Part shown: positions 54,253 to 63,989 of the stretch, in pieces | How positions within the stretch are numbered: the first letter of the stretch is position 1 | Layout of the letters: every line of letters starts with the position of its first letter | Assembly: GCA_019636495.1 (NCBI GenBank) | Contig: JAHBXL010000014.1 | Span: 54,061-118,060 of the forward strand | DNA from: Phycisphaeraceae bacterium | GTDB lineage: Bacteria > Planctomycetota > Phycisphaerae > Phycisphaerales > UBA1924 | Reading direction: 5' to 3' | DNA: 64,000 nucleotides | Translations under genes and position numbers: made by a program | Notes under the pieces: model-generated | Seen by the model: only the letters and a program-made list of their open reading frames with translations | What the model was told of the DNA's origin: nothing | Database searches by the model: none

Positions 54253-56085
54253 TCACCACTCCGGTCCGCCGCCATACCGGCCATAGACATCCGCCAGCGC
54301 CTGCACCATCTCGCCGAGTGTGCAGTTGGCCAGTGCGCCTTCGACCAGCGCGGGCATGACGTTCTTGTCGGCGCGAGCGGCCTCGCGGATGGCATCGAGC
54401 GCGCCGGACGCGCCCTTCGCATCGCGCTTCTGCTTGAACGCCGCGAGGCGCGAGCACTGGTCGGTCTCGACCTGGTGGGAGATCTGGAGAACATCGAGCG
54501 GGCGGTCATCGGAGCCCTCGGTGAAGGCGTTGACGCCGACGATGATGCGGTCGTTGGCCTCGCACTCCTCGCTGAACCGGTACGACGCTTCGGCGATCTG
54601 GCGGCGGAAGTAGCCCTTGTTGATGCCCGCGACGACGGAGCGGCCGTAGCCGTCTCGCGGGCTGTAGGCCGCGTGATTGGCAAGCGATGTGGGATGTGAA
54701 GTGGCGGAGGAAGAGCCCCTCACCGGTTCGCTGCGCGAACCACCTCTCCCCGATGGGGCGGGGAGAGGGTGCGAACCAGAGCCATAGGTCCCCATCCGGT
54801 CGATCTCGTCGATGAGTTCGAGGGCCCCCGCTTCCATTTTGTCCGTAAGTTCTTCGATGAACCACGAGCCGCCGAGCGGATCGACGGTGCGGGTGACTCC
54901 GGTTTCATAGGCGAGAATCTGCTGCGTGCGCAGCGCGACCGTCACCGCCTGTTCGGTCGGCAGGCCGAGTGTCTCGTCCATCGAATCGGTGTGCAGACTC
55001 TGGCACCCGCCCAGAACTGCCGCCATCGCCTGATACGCGACGCGCACGATGTTGTTCAGCGGCTGCTGCTCGGTCAGCGAGCAGCCCGCCGTCTGCACGT
55101 GCGTCTTCATGAACCACGAGCGCTCGTTCTTCGCGCCGTAGCGTTCCTTCATCATCCGCGCCCAGATCCGCCGCGCAGCGCGCAGTTTGCAGATCTCCTC
55201 AAAGAACTCGTTGTGCGAGTTGAAGAAGTAGGACAGACGCGGGGCGAACTCGTCGACCGGCAGGCCGCGCTCGATGCAGGCCTCGACATACTCCATGCCG
55301 TCGCGCAGCGTGAAGGCAAGTTCCTGCACGGCCGTCGAACCGGCCTCGCGGATGTGGTACCCCGAGATCGACACGCTGTTCCACTTCGGGCAGTTCTTCG
55401 ACTGGAACTCGATGGTGTCCACGACCAGTTTCACCGAGGCCTCGGGCGGGAAGATGAACTCGTTCTGCGAGTGGAACTCTTTCAGAATGTCGTTCTGCAG
55501 CGTGCCGCCCAGCGTGTCCCAGCCGATGTTGCGCTGCCTGGCCATGGCAAGGTACATGGCCCAGATGACCGCCGCGGGGCCGTTGATCGTCTGCGACACC
55601 GTCACCTTGTCGATGGGAATGTCGGCATACAGCCGGTGCATGTCCTCGATGGTGTCGATCGCCACGCCGCAGCGGCCGACTTCGCCGACCGACAGCGCAT
55701 CATCCGAGTCGCGGCCCATCAACGTCGGCAGGTCGAACGCCGTCGAGAGTCCGGTGTTGGCCTGGACCTTCCCCCCTGCCATCCTGGCCTGTTCGAGCAG
55801 ATACTTGAACCGCCGGTTGGTGTCGTCGGCCGAGCCGAAGCCCGCGAACTGACGCATCGTCCACAAACGCGTGCGGTACCCCTCAGGAAACAGGCCGCGC
55901 GTAAATGGGAACTTGCCCGGCGCGGCGATGTCCCTCGAGAGATTCAGCAGCGACTCGGCGGGCTTGTCGGCGGAATAGACCGCGTCGAGCGCGAGGCCCG
56001 AGATCGTGACCGTGTGCGGGTCGACGTTCTCGATGCTGGGGCCGATGATCCGGTGCTGGGGCGTATGAGGGACAAGGGTGCTCAT
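54253..56085 (-). CDS. methylmalonyl-CoA mutase family protein, catalytic (substrate-binding barrel) subunit without a B12-binding domain
   Basis: PGKFPFTRGLFPEGYRTRLWTMRQFAGFG, LSTAFDLPTLMGRDSD, QNDILKEF, RAARRIWA, THVQTAG, VDPLGGSWFIEELT. It ends at ...RYGGGPEW without the DxHxxG cobalamin domain. Confidence 0.85.
   Translation of the reverse strand: MSTLVPHTPQHRIIGPSIENVDPHTVTISGLALDAVYSADKPAESLLNLSRDIAAPGKFPFTRGLFPEGYRTRLWTMRQFAGFGSADDTNRRFKYLLEQARMAGGKVQANTGLSTAFDLPTLMGRDSDDALSVGEVGRCGVAIDTIEDMHRLYADIPIDKVTVSQTINGPAAVIWAMYLAMARQRNIGWDTLGGTLQNDILKEFHSQNEFIFPPEASVKLVVDTIEFQSKNCPKWNSVSISGYHIREAGSTAVQELAFTLRDGMEYVEACIERGLPVDEFAPRLSYFFNSHNEFFEEICKLRAARRIWARMMKERYGAKNERSWFMKTHVQTAGCSLTEQQPLNNIVRVAYQAMAAVLGGCQSLHTDSMDETLGLPTEQAVTVALRTQQILAYETGVTRTVDPLGGSWFIEELTDKMEAGALELIDEIDRMGTYGSGSHPLPAPSGRGGSRSEPVRGSSSATSHPTSLANHAAYSPRDGYGRSVVAGINKGYFRRQIAEASYRFSEECEANDRIIVGVNAFTEGSDDRPLDVLQISHQVETDQCSRLAAFKQKRDAKGASGALDAIREAARADKNVMPALVEGALANCTLGEMVQALADVYGRYGGGPEW
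54646..54789 (-). repeat. 144-nt in-frame insertion carrying nested palindromes (REP/MITE-like) inside the mutase gene
   Basis: Encodes TYGSGSHPLPAPSGRGGSRSEPVRGSSSATSHPTSLANHAAYSPRDGY between the conserved IDRMG and GRSVVAGINKGY. Contains GGTTCGC-tgc-GCGAACC (54725-54741) and CCTCTCCCCG-atgggg-CGGGGAGAGG (54743-54768), flanked by a second GCGAACC (54771-54777). Confidence 0.6.
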
Positions 56086-56269
56086 GGCACAAGGGTAACG
56101 CCGCGGCGGCAAGCAGAACAGTGGGCCCTCGCCGGGAATGAGCCCTCCGCGTACGGACATTCCGCTGGCACGAACCCGGAGAATGGGGTAGATTTACCGT
56201 TGGCATCGGAGTGGTCGGCCCCTTGGCGTGGATGCATCGTTTTCGGACGTTTTGACAAAGAGGTCCTTC

Positions 56270-58423
56270 ATGGCGAAGTTGTGGCGTTCGGTCGTCGTCG
56301 CTGGGCTGATTGGGCTCGCGGCGGGGTGGTCGGTCACTTCTGCAAGCGCCCGCCCCCCTGCGCGGGAAGGCGCCGCGGCGGAACTGGACCTGCCGCTGGT
56401 TCGTGCATCGATCCAGCGGGTCTCGCCCGTCGCCTATCCAAGCGGTGCTGTGGTCGTTTCGGTCGCGCTGCCACACGGCGCGGCGACGATGGAACTCCAT
56501 CCGCACAGCGTGCGTGCTCCCGGCTTCGCCGCGTTTGAACGGCTCGGGAACGAAGTCGTGCCGGCCGGAGACACGCCGATCACGACCTATCGCGGACGGC
56601 TGGTCGAGGACCAGGGGGCGCAGGTCGTGGCCTCGGTGATCGACGGCCAGGTTTCGGCGACAATCTGGATCGGCGAAGACCGCGACCCGTGGGTCGTGCA
56701 GGCGCTGTCGCAGTTCGATGGGCATGAGGCCGCGGACCGCGACCTGCACGCCGTGTACCGAGGATCGGATGCGATCCGACTCCCGATGTGGTGCGGTGTG
56801 GATGAACGCTTGCACGTCGGCGCCGCCGCGGCGGGCGAAGGCGGGGCGGGCTTGCGCGGTCCGGGCACGGCGTGCATCCGCATCGCGGAGATCGTCTACG
56901 AGTGCGATCACGAGTTCTTCCAGGCCTACGGCTCGATGCCCGCGACGATCGCGGGACTTGAGGCGTATCACAACCAGGCGGACTTCATCTACGAGCGTGA
57001 CATCGGCATCAGCCTGACCATCGTTCAGTTGACGGTTCAGAGCACGCCGCCCGCGCCGGACCATCCGTACCTGGTCGGTACCGACCCATACGCCGTGCTG
57101 GGCGCGTTCCGCGCGCACTGGGCGGTGCAGCCCGGGCCGCAGCGCGACAATGTGCACCTGATGTGCGCGCGGGATTTCGGCGGGATCGCGGGCCTTGCGT
57201 ATCTGCCCGCGACGTGCAACACCGAGGGCTACAACACCGGCCTGACGCGGCGCTACACCGGCGACTTCAACAGCATCGTGGTCGTTCTGGCGCACGAACT
57301 CGGCCACAACATGGGCTCGCCCCACGACAACCAGGGCGGCACGTGCTCGGGGTCGCCCGGCGGCTTCATCATGAATCCGTCCGTGAACACCTCACAGATG
57401 GCGTTCAGCCCCTGCTCGGTCGCGGCGATGAACAGTTTCCTGTGGCCGTGGGGCGGGTGCCTGGAGCGCGTGATGCCGGGTCCGCCATTCGGCCGGCCCG
57501 ACAGCGCGGTCGCCGTGCGCAACTCGCCGGTGGAAATTGACGTGCTGCCCAATGACATCTCGTGCGAATCGGCGACGGTGCAGTTGATCAACGCGACCAG
57601 CGCGGGCGGCGCAGCGCTGCAGATCGCCGCGGGAACGGGCTGGGCCGGGCAGGACCGCATCCGGTACACCTCCAACGCGGGAACGCCGAACAACGACACG
57701 TTCACGTATCGCGCGACCAACGCGCAGGGCCAGAGCTCGCCCATCACCGTGAGCGTCACCAACCTGACGGCACGAACGCCGGAGAACCCCGCGAGCACGC
57801 AGCCCTCGCTCGATGTGCGCTACTACGCGCTTCCGAGCAGCACGAGCGTGCTGCCGAACTTTGACCTGCTGACTCCCTACGCGACCTCGACCACGCCGAA
57901 CATCGACTTCCCTTCGACCAACGGCGTCTATGCCGACAGCGGCCGCGCCGATGATGTCGGGGCGGTGTACATTGGCTACATCCAGGCGCCGACGACCGGC
58001 TTGTACACGCTGTACACCGAATCCGATGACGGAAGCAGGCTGCGGATCGGCACGACCATCGTCGTCAACAACGACGGCCTGCACGGCATGGTCGAGCAGT
58101 CGGGGCAGATCGCGCTGGCCGCGGGCTGGCACGCGCTGCGCGTCGAGTTCTTCGAGCGCGGCGGCGGCGCAGGGCTCATCATGCGATGGGCCGGGCCGGG
58201 GTTCGGACGCCAGGTCGTCGCGGCTCAGTATCTGCGACGCGACCTGCCCTGCCCGACCGACCTCGATAACAGCGGCACAACCGACGTTCCGGACATCTTC
58301 GTCTTCCTGACCTGGTGGTTCGCCAACGATGCCCGGGCCAACTGGGACGGCGTCGGCGGAGTGCAGGTGTCCGACATTTTCGCGTTCCTGAGCGCGTGGT
58401 TCGCGGCACAGGGGCCGTGTTGA
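56270..58423 (+). CDS. secreted metzincin (reprolysin/M12B-like) metalloprotease with PA14-like domain and C-terminal DIFAFL..WFA module
   Basis: AAGAGG RBS plus signal peptide. HELGHNMGSPHD (HExxHxxGxxHD). PA14-like LYTLYTESDDGSRLRIG...GWHALRVEFFERGGGAGL. The C-terminus is CPTDLDNSGTTDVPDIFVFLTWWFANDARANWDGVGGVQVSDIFAFLSAWFAAQGPC. Confidence 0.8.
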   Translation: MAKLWRSVVVAGLIGLAAGWSVTSASARPPAREGAAAELDLPLVRASIQRVSPVAYPSGAVVVSVALPHGAATMELHPHSVRAPGFAAFERLGNEVVPAGDTPITTYRGRLVEDQGAQVVASVIDGQVSATIWIGEDRDPWVVQALSQFDGHEAADRDLHAVYRGSDAIRLPMWCGVDERLHVGAAAAGEGGAGLRGPGTACIRIAEIVYECDHEFFQAYGSMPATIAGLEAYHNQADFIYERDIGISLTIVQLTVQSTPPAPDHPYLVGTDPYAVLGAFRAHWAVQPGPQRDNVHLMCARDFGGIAGLAYLPATCNTEGYNTGLTRRYTGDFNSIVVVLAHELGHNMGSPHDNQGGTCSGSPGGFIMNPSVNTSQMAFSPCSVAAMNSFLWPWGGCLERVMPGPPFGRPDSAVAVRNSPVEIDVLPNDISCESATVQLINATSAGGAALQIAAGTGWAGQDRIRYTSNAGTPNNDTFTYRATNAQGQSSPITVSVTNLTARTPENPASTQPSLDVRYYALPSSTSVLPNFDLLTPYATSTTPNIDFPSTNGVYADSGRADDVGAVYIGYIQAPTTGLYTLYTESDDGSRLRIGTTIVVNNDGLHGMVEQSGQIALAAGWHALRVEFFERGGGAGLIMRWAGPGFGRQVVAAQYLRRDLPCPTDLDNSGTTDVPDIFVFLTWWFANDARANWDGVGGVQVSDIFAFLSAWFAAQGPC

Positions 58424-58429
58424 TGGCCG

Positions 58430-59701
58430 TTACGCCGCGGCGTCGGATTCGGCCGGCGGTGTCACCGAGCGCAGCACCTGCATTGCCCAGTCGTGGTGGG
58501 CGGGGTCGGTAAAGGTGATCGCCACCAGCGCCATGCGGCCGGGGAGGGCGAGCGTCGCGGAGAGGGCGGTGAAGCGGTCGCCCTGCTCCTCAACCTCGCC
58601 GAGATAGCCTCGGACGGATGCGCCGTTGTTGGTCGTCTCGATGATCTGCGCGCCGGGCGGGGCCGTTTCGAGCGCGGGTGCGAGCAGGTCCTCAACCGAT
58701 GGCGGGCTGTCGTCATCGGAGTCGGCCGAAAACGTGGCGATTCGGACGGTGCGATCGTTGAAATGCCACATCGGCGATCCCTCGCCCTCGCCCTCGTCTT
58801 CGACATACTCGATGAAGTACCCGGCGAGTTCCATTGACCAGTTGTCGGGCAGTGGCCATCGCACGATGTGCCGGTAGTAGCCGATGCCCTTGGGCGAGGG
58901 TTCGCGGTACGGTGCGTCCTCGTCCCACTCCAGGAGTTCGCGCAGTTCGGCGAGTTCCGCCGCGGGAAGCAGGTGCGCTGCGCCGAGTTTCTCGGCTTCC
59001 TCCGCCGCGGCGAGCACCATGCCCCAGATACGCGCCTCACTCTCGCTGGTTGCCGGTCGCCACTTGACCTCGGACCAGAGGATCATGCTGGCAAGTTTGC
59101 GCCAATAGTCGGCATCACGCTCCTTGTTCCACCACACATAGAACTCGCGGCACTTGGCATCGGCATCCTTGCCCGCCAGGAAGTCTCGGCACCACGCGGC
59201 CGAGAGCGGGCCGACAGGCGCAAACAGGCCGCCGGGATTGCCGATGGGCGAGGGGACGCCGATGGGCCAGTTGATGTAGAGCCCATCGTCGCCGGCGCGC
59301 TGGGTGAGGATGTTCACAATGGCGTGGAACTGGTCGGCCATCTGCTTCTGGAGCGCGGCAAAGTCGCCATCGACGGCGTAGCCGGTCTCGTCTGCTTCTG
59401 CCCAGTCGATGGTGATGCGCCCCGCAGCCGCGAGCCGCTTGAACATGTCGACGACGTGCGCGTGGAAGCCGGGGCCCAGCGTCGAGGTCTTGATCTCGAC
59501 CGTGAACCCGTCGCCTTCTTTCTCGAAGCGGAGGAACTCCGAACCCGGTTGAATGTTGAATGCAGAGGCGTCGTCCCCTTCGTGCAGTTCGAGGTACTCG
59601 CCCTCGAAGGTCTGCGTGACCAGTTTCTGGAACGAGGCCCAGGGCATGGGCTTGCCGACCATGATCGGACGACGCGAGAAGATGCCGATTCCAAGACCCA
59701 T
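58430..59701 (-). CDS. hypothetical cytoplasmic protein
   Basis: Long ORF with good codon bias. ATG at 59701 (MGLGIGIFS) preceded by GGAG. No motif recognised. Confidence 0.55.
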   Translation of the reverse strand: MGLGIGIFSRRPIMVGKPMPWASFQKLVTQTFEGEYLELHEGDDASAFNIQPGSEFLRFEKEGDGFTVEIKTSTLGPGFHAHVVDMFKRLAAAGRITIDWAEADETGYAVDGDFAALQKQMADQFHAIVNILTQRAGDDGLYINWPIGVPSPIGNPGGLFAPVGPLSAAWCRDFLAGKDADAKCREFYVWWNKERDADYWRKLASMILWSEVKWRPATSESEARIWGMVLAAAEEAEKLGAAHLLPAAELAELRELLEWDEDAPYREPSPKGIGYYRHIVRWPLPDNWSMELAGYFIEYVEDEGEGEGSPMWHFNDRTVRIATFSADSDDDSPPSVEDLLAPALETAPPGAQIIETTNNGASVRGYLGEVEEQGDRFTALSATLALPGRMALVAITFTDPAHHDWAMQVLRSVTPPAESDAAA

Positions 59702-59884
59702 GTCGGGATCTCCATTGTGCGACCCGCTCCTCCCGCAGCAACTCGCACGCGGAGTATAACACATGTTCACCCGTCCGCGCTCTTCGTGCAGCGCTCGACA
59801 GAGAGTCATCGCGGTCGCCCCCATGCGCAACCTTGACCCAGCCTCGTGAGGCCGGCAGACCGGCGGCGCGGCGGAACGTGCGAC

Positions 59885-61171
59885 CTACTGACCCAGCGCC
59901 CGCAAGACCACCGTTGCGTACGCGCCGCGCGGCAGGTCGAACCGCACCTGGCGCTTCATCGAACTCGACCGGGGCGCGGCAAGGTCGTCGGGCTCGGGAT
60001 CGCCGAGCGAGAACGCCGCGGCGGTGATGAACAGCGGCCGCATCGCCTCGCCGAAGAACGGCCGTCGCAGGCCGGGGATCTTGAGGCGATCCAGCGCGAG
60101 ACCCTCGCGCTCGAGGATCGCAAGCAGGTCGCCCCCCCACGGCTCGACGGGCTGCGTCTCTGGCGCGGGCAGCGGCAAGTGAAGATCGAACAAGCCGGGC
60201 GCCGCGGCCCTTGCCTCCGCAGGCGGGAAGAGCATCTGCCCGAACTCGTCATCGGTCTTGAGCAGCGATTGGCCCGCGGCGATTCGCGCCGCCATCCGCC
60301 GCGCCAGTTCGTTCCACAGATACGACTGGTACGCTTCAACGTACAACTGCTGCAGAAAGTATGGGAGCGCGGCGAACGCCTCGCGGTAGCCCCGTTCATC
60401 GATCGGCGCCTCACGACGCGAGGCCATGAAGGCGAGCCGCTCGATGGCCTTCTTCTCCGGGCAGCGGGGCAGGTCGCGTGCCAGCGCGGCCCACCCGTCG
60501 CGCCCCGCGCCCGCGGCCTCGCTCCACCGCGCGGCAAGCATGCGCGTGAACGTACGTGTAACGCCGGTGTCCTTGCGGCTGGGGGTGGCGATGGCGAGCC
60601 TGAGCGCGTGCTCGAACTTGCCATCGATCAGCGATCGCGCGATCCATCCCTCGCCGTGACGTGCCGAGCCGAATCGCTGCGCACCGAAGTAGTTCACGAT
60701 CAACAGCGCGCCTCCGTCGTCGCCCGCGGTCGCGAGAAGTGATGCGCGTCTGTCCATCTCCGCGGCCGCGGCCCGGCTCACGCCGCGCACGACGATGCAG
60801 AAGCGGTTTCCTGCGATCGCCGATGCGTCGATGGGCGCGACTGTCCAGCCGATCCGCCGCGCTGACCATTTCCCGCCGCGGATTTCGGCGGGAAGGAGCA
60901 CGCCATCGGCGAGCGTTCTCGCCTTCACGCCGACCATCTGCGATGTCTGGGCGTGCTTGTCCTTCAGCCCGGCGTAGGAGATGTCATTCTGACGGACTTG
61001 CAGTTCCGCCGCGAGCAGACTGACCGCGTGCGGGGTCGTGAGTTGCGACTTGTCGAGGCGATAGACGGCGACCAAAGCGTCGGCCGAGGGCGCAGCGCGG
61101 AGCGATCCCTCGAACTCGGGCGCGGCGATCTCGTCGACGATGAAGTCCGCGGGTGTGCGGCGGATGGTCAT
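59885..61171 (-). CDS. truD: tRNA pseudouridine(13) synthase TruD
   Basis: PADFIVDE N-terminal motif, YAGLKDKHA (catalytic Asp context), NYFGAQRFG. ATG at 61171 (alternative at 61195). Confidence 0.8.
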   Translation of the reverse strand: MTIRRTPADFIVDEIAAPEFEGSLRAAPSADALVAVYRLDKSQLTTPHAVSLLAAELQVRQNDISYAGLKDKHAQTSQMVGVKARTLADGVLLPAEIRGGKWSARRIGWTVAPIDASAIAGNRFCIVVRGVSRAAAAEMDRRASLLATAGDDGGALLIVNYFGAQRFGSARHGEGWIARSLIDGKFEHALRLAIATPSRKDTGVTRTFTRMLAARWSEAAGAGRDGWAALARDLPRCPEKKAIERLAFMASRREAPIDERGYREAFAALPYFLQQLYVEAYQSYLWNELARRMAARIAAGQSLLKTDDEFGQMLFPPAEARAAAPGLFDLHLPLPAPETQPVEPWGGDLLAILEREGLALDRLKIPGLRRPFFGEAMRPLFITAAAFSLGDPEPDDLAAPRSSSMKRQVRFDLPRGAYATVVLRALGQ

Positions 61172-61210
61172 GGGGCCGATGGTAGTGCGCCGCACGGGCC
61201 CGGCGTGCCG

Positions 61211-62692
61211 TCAGGCGGAGGGCCTTCCGAAGAGCAGCGAGATGTACGGCTCGTCGTCGGGCTTGCAGAAGACATAGACGTAGTCGCCTTCCAGGAGCCG
61301 CGTCTGGCCGCGCGCGGCGACCAGTTCGTCGCCGCGCACGACAAGAATCGCGGCCGAGCCCTCTGGGAATCGGACTTGCGACAGAGTCGCGCCGCACACG
61401 GCCAGCGATGGGTCGATGTAGTACGCCTTGACCTCCCCATTGAGTTGTCGCAGCGAGTGCATCTCAAGCGCGGCGGCGGGCGCGGGCGGTTCGGGTTCGT
61501 CGAGGCGTAGCCACCTTGCCACCGGCACGATGCTGGCGCCGGGTACGAGCGTTGAGACCACGACGATGAAGAAGACGATGTGGAAGACCGCTTCGCCCGC
61601 GGCAAGGCCCGCCATGATCGGGAATATGGCGAGAATGATGGGGACGGCGCCGCGAAGCCCGACCCAGCCGATGCACAGCGACTCGCGCCACGAGAAGCCG
61701 AACGGCAGGAGGCACAGCGCGACCGTGACAGGTCGCGCGACGAACGCGAGCGCCAACCCAAGCAGCAGGCCGGTACCCGCGACGGGCACGAGTTTGGATG
61801 GGAACACCAGCAGCCCGAGCATCAGGAACATCGAAACCTGGCTCAGCCATGCAAGCGCATCGTGCACACGCGCGATGCCCATGCGATAGGGCAGCGGCCC
61901 GTTGCCCAGCACCACCGCCGCGGCAAACGCTGCGAGAAACCCGCTGCCGTTGGCGAGCGTTGCCGCGCCAAACGCGACAAAGCCCGCAGCGAGCGTGACG
62001 ACCGGGAGCAGCCCGCCCGCGCTGATCTGCACGCGCGCCAGCAGGTGCTGCGTGACAAAGCCGACAGCGACCCCCACCGCGGCGCCAATCAACAGTTGCA
62101 GCGGAACATCGACCAGCAGCATCCAGCCCGGCGGCTCGCCCGCGCTGATCGCGGCGATCACCGCGACCGTCAGAATCACCGCCATGGGGTCGTTGGCGCA
62201 CGCTTCGACCTCCAGCACGTTGCGGACACGGTCCTTGAGGCGGATGCTCCCAGCGCGCAGCACGGCAAACACCGCCGCGGCATCGGTCGAGGAGACAATC
62301 GCACCGATCAGCATGGCGGCCTGCCAGGAGAGGCCGAACGCGCGGGCGATCAGCGCGAGCGCCGCGGCGGTCCCGGCGACACCAAACGTCGCCAGCACGC
62401 CCGAGGGGCCGATGCTGGCGCGGATCGCGCGGACGGACGTGTTGAGACCGCCGTCGATGAGGATCAGCACCAGCGCGACGGTGCCGAGGCGGAACGCGGT
62501 GTCGTAGTTGTCTAACGCGATCCGCCCGATGCCCTCGGACCCGCCGAGCATTCCGAGCACGAGAAACAGGAGCACGATGGGCACGCCCGCGCGGTTCATG
62601 GTCCGCGCAAACAGAACGCAAAAGGCCATCAGCAGTCCGAAGACCGCGAGCAGGATGGCGGTTGCGCCGGGTTCTGCCAGGGCGAGTGTCAC
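61211..62692 (-). CDS. potassium/proton antiporter (CPA1, NhaP2/CvrA-like) with C-terminal TrkA-C/RCK_C domain
   Basis: About 12 TM, GSEGIG, STDAAAVF, EACANDP motifs. The C-terminus (LNGEVKAYYIDPSLAVCGATLSQVRFPEGSAAILVVRGDELVAARGQTRLLEGDYVYVF) is TrkA-C-like. GTG start at 62692 inferred; ORF-track start at 62950 would overlap the neighbouring gene. Confidence 0.75.
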   Translation of the reverse strand: MTLALAEPGATAILLAVFGLLMAFCVLFARTMNRAGVPIVLLFLVLGMLGGSEGIGRIALDNYDTAFRLGTVALVLILIDGGLNTSVRAIRASIGPSGVLATFGVAGTAAALALIARAFGLSWQAAMLIGAIVSSTDAAAVFAVLRAGSIRLKDRVRNVLEVEACANDPMAVILTVAVIAAISAGEPPGWMLLVDVPLQLLIGAAVGVAVGFVTQHLLARVQISAGGLLPVVTLAAGFVAFGAATLANGSGFLAAFAAAVVLGNGPLPYRMGIARVHDALAWLSQVSMFLMLGLLVFPSKLVPVAGTGLLLGLALAFVARPVTVALCLLPFGFSWRESLCIGWVGLRGAVPIILAIFPIMAGLAAGEAVFHIVFFIVVVSTLVPGASIVPVARWLRLDEPEPPAPAAALEMHSLRQLNGEVKAYYIDPSLAVCGATLSQVRFPEGSAAILVVRGDELVAARGQTRLLEGDYVYVFCKPDDEPYISLLFGRPSA

Positions 62693-62711
62693 GCCCCCAT
62701 TATGGCCCTGT

Positions 62712-63989
62712 TCAACGGTTGCCGCGCGAACGACGGGTCGTGGACCGCTCGGGGGCCGACGGGCGTGCAGCCTCAACGCCCGCGACGGCTTTGGTCGCCG
62801 CAGTCTCGGTTCCGGAGTCCAATCCCGCGCGGCCGACAAGCCAAGCGGTGGGTTGTCCGCCCTCGTGCCGTCCGATCCAGATGACCAACGAAACATCGTT
62901 GCGCGTGGCGAGCCAAGCGCGGATCGCTTCGTTGCTCTGAGGTGTCTCAAACGGCGTCACGCCGATGGCGTTGCGCAGATCGGCGATGGTCTCGTCGTCG
63001 GTCGTTGTTGAGGAATCGGCCGAGCCGCCAATGAGCGCAAAGCCGGCTTCGGCCAGGCGGACGAGCGCCTGGTCGATCTCCGTGCGGTGTGACTGCTGAT
63101 ACGCGACGGGATCTCGCAGCACGACGATGGCGTGCGCGGCATCCGCAGCGCCGTTCAGAACGGCCGGCGCGACGGGCGCCTGGGGCGCGGTCGCTGCATC
63201 GCCGACGCGCGAACTGGTCTTCGATACTGAGACCTTGATGCCCGATGTGCCGATCTGCAGTTGACGGTTCGCTCCGGCCTGGACTTGTTCGTGCTGGACA
63301 GAGCGCAGCGACTGCCCGAAAACGAACATCGTCGCGAGCAGCCCGCACGCGCCGATGAACACTAGCACCGCGATCCCCACGCCGAGATTCAGACCGACGC
63401 CGGGCCCGCGAGAGAACCCGGACATGCGCTGATGGGCACGCTGCCGGCGCTCCGCAGCGCGCCCTCGCGCACGGACCAGTTGCTCGGCCGCGCTCGACCC
63501 CGGTCCGCGCGGCACCGGCGGAACCGATGGCACGCGCGGTGAAGCAGCCGCCGCGACCACGCGTGGAGAATCGGGTGCGCCCGGCGGGTCGATGGAGTAC
63601 TTGCCTGTCCACCAGCCGGTGACGCGGATGCGGGGCTTGCCGCCCGTGGCCGCGGCAACCGCACCGGCAGCGGCTGCTCCCGCCGCGGCCTGCGCGCCGA
63701 TGCCCGCGGAGTTCAGCGCTGAATCCACGTATTGTCCGACCTGACCGAGAACCGAGGCCACCGGACCCTGCTTGCGGCCGAAGGATGGCGCAGAGCCGGC
63801 ATCGGCCGGCGCCGCGCCGACAGCCGCGGCCGCGCCAAACGGGGTCGCGCCCGGCACGCCCTCCCAGCCGTGCTGATCGGCCGCGCCGTGGTGCGCGGCC
63901 TGCACGCCGCGCATGCTGGGCAGCGCGACCGGCTTGACCGCGTACGGATCGTCGGCGCGAATGACGGTCTCGATGTCTTCGAGCATCAT
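62712..63989 (-). CDS. hypothetical single-pass membrane protein, Ala/Gly/Pro-rich N-terminal half
   Basis: One TM (GVGLNLGVGIAVLVFIGACGLLATMFVF). The start lies near the window edge and may extend beyond it. Confidence 0.5.
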   Translation of the reverse strand: MMLEDIETVIRADDPYAVKPVALPSMRGVQAAHHGAADQHGWEGVPGATPFGAAAAVGAAPADAGSAPSFGRKQGPVASVLGQVGQYVDSALNSAGIGAQAAAGAAAAGAVAAATGGKPRIRVTGWWTGKYSIDPPGAPDSPRVVAAAASPRVPSVPPVPRGPGSSAAEQLVRARGRAAERRQRAHQRMSGFSRGPGVGLNLGVGIAVLVFIGACGLLATMFVFGQSLRSVQHEQVQAGANRQLQIGTSGIKVSVSKTSSRVGDAATAPQAPVAPAVLNGAADAAHAIVVLRDPVAYQQSHRTEIDQALVRLAEAGFALIGGSADSSTTTDDETIADLRNAIGVTPFETPQSNEAIRAWLATRNDVSLVIWIGRHEGGQPTAWLVGRAGLDSGTETAATKAVAGVEAARPSAPERSTTRRSRGNR

